The translations under genes were made by a program, and so were the position numbers. The notes beneath the pieces were generated by a model. It ran no database searches, was not told the origin of the DNA, and was given only the letters and a program-made list of their open reading frames with translations. From positions 56,885,631-56,949,630 of the forward strand of contig JASCQW010000099.1 of NCBI GenBank assembly GCA_030264375.1: a stretch of DNA of 64,000 nucleotides. The letters run 5' to 3'. This DNA is from Carcharhinus longimanus. Its lineage: Eukaryota. Shown in pieces: positions 62,660 through 64,000 of the stretch. Every line of letters begins with the position of its first letter. Positions within the stretch are counted from its first letter, which is position 1.

Positions 62660-63590
62660 ATGGCTGAGATTCTCCCAAAATATTTCTAAGTGCCAAATTT
62701 GCATAAAAACTGGAGTAAAGTCTGCTGGTTTTATCAGCAGGGTTTTCAAAATGAATCTTCCACACTCCGAGCACTGCATAGTGCCTTGGCATGAATCATT
62801 CTGAAAATTAGTGGGCAGGACCTATTCCCACTGAAAAGGCCAGCAGCATAGCGCCAAGTTGTCAGAGCACTGCCTCCCGGACATCTCTGGGCAAGCCCCA
62901 ACGTGCCCCCATCCAACCCGGCAGTCTCAATCACCTGTTTCCCCCACCTCAATGGAAACCCCGACTCCCCCCACCACAGCCCCGACACCCCGGCAGGCCG
63001 ACCCCTCATCTTATCCTGATGACCAGCCCTGATCGCTGTTCTCCCTCCCTCTGTCACTGATCCCAAGTGCAGAGTGGCAGTGGAATTCCCCCACCCTCAC
63101 AAATCACCCCCCCCCCAACAGGACCCGCCCCCAATAGCTGCCTGCTACCCCCTCTGGCCCCATCTCCTTGGCACTGTCCAATGCCTGGTGGACTGTGCCA
63201 AGATGTCCCTTGGACATTGCCAGTTTGCCCTTGCAGTGCTGAGGGGGAGGGGGAGGGGGGGCAGGGGCAGGCTGACAATGCTCGGGGCAGTCCCCTTACC
63301 CCCAGGGGGCCTCCATGTCTTCCCTTCACTCTGGGGAGATTGGGCTGCCAGTTGTAAACTCCACTGGAGTGAACCACTCCTGCCAAGGTGTGGGAAGGAG
63401 AGGTTAGCAGGCCCAGAGACTTCAGTCACAAGCCTTCTAATGAAATTACAATGAAGATTTAAATATTTTAATCAGCTCTGCACCGGTTTCTGATGCAGAG
63501 CTGACGCCACCAGAAATCCAGAGCCCGGTGACACAAAAGCTTACTAAACAGCCTCTGCTTATGTCTCCCAGCCCACTGCACAGTTATGGA
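62660..63590. mobile_element. Harbinger-type MITE related to the 60563 element
   Basis: Start tggctgagattctcccaaaatatttctaagtgccaaatttgcataaaaactggagtaaa is homologous to 60563-60625; the right end is unclear. Confidence 0.75.
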
Positions 63591-64000
63591 TAAAATGAGT
63601 AATTATTCTGCATCAATTGTGATATAATTAGCAGGCTGGATGGTCTATTTAGCAGCCTCCCGCAATACACCAGCTTTCCCAGTGGGAACGGCATTGGGCG
63701 GGCTTTGATGTTGGTCATGAGTAACGTAAATTTGACATGTTGGACCTTGAGGGGGATCAAGGAGGCAGGTCCAGTGCCCATGTGCCCCTCTTGCCACTGC
63801 TAGGCTGCAAATGGAGGGTCCCTAGAGGTCCTGGGAGTTGGGGACGCTCAGACTGGGGGCCTGGGGTTGACCTCACTACTTTTCCCTAGTGTGGGAGTCT
63901 TGTGGCTGCCAGGAAAAGTGTTGTTCAGTTTCAGGATGGTGAATTCAGACCACCAATCTTGGTAAAGTACTCACTATTGTCTCTGTCCTCTAAAGCTATG

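Noticed and set aside
60563-63454. Many 60-174 aa ORFs in GC-rich blocks
   Set aside because: Expected in GC-rich MITE interiors; low-complexity P/G/A-rich translations in multiple frames.

Overview
Eukaryotic, repeat-rich vertebrate DNA from a gapped draft assembly (ten N-runs). The repeats (HE1-type V-SINEs, a SacSINE1-like DeuSINE, many CR1/L2 LINE fragments) point to a shark. The window appears to lie inside the 5' half of a minus-strand synaptotagmin-14 (SYT14) gene. Two conserved coding exons are recognisable: the transmembrane exon (33426-33590) and the 'SSSDSEDE...YSPLSAEYDGYSSEAS' exon (16124-16345), both phase 1-1. Between them is a 1273-nt open exon (31141-32413) with its own ATG, an in-frame TAA directly before it, and a phase-1 GT donor. 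It predicts a transmembrane-less SYT14 isoform with a ~424-aa alternative N-terminus and is the main finding. The rest is intron containing decayed LINEs, SINEs, PIF/Harbinger remnants and related MITEs, LTR-like solos, Penelope-type hairpins and a diverged U2 snRNA-derived element. Exon boundaries were read base by base. Repeat boundaries are approximate, and family names come from recalled consensus sequences, not from a database search.
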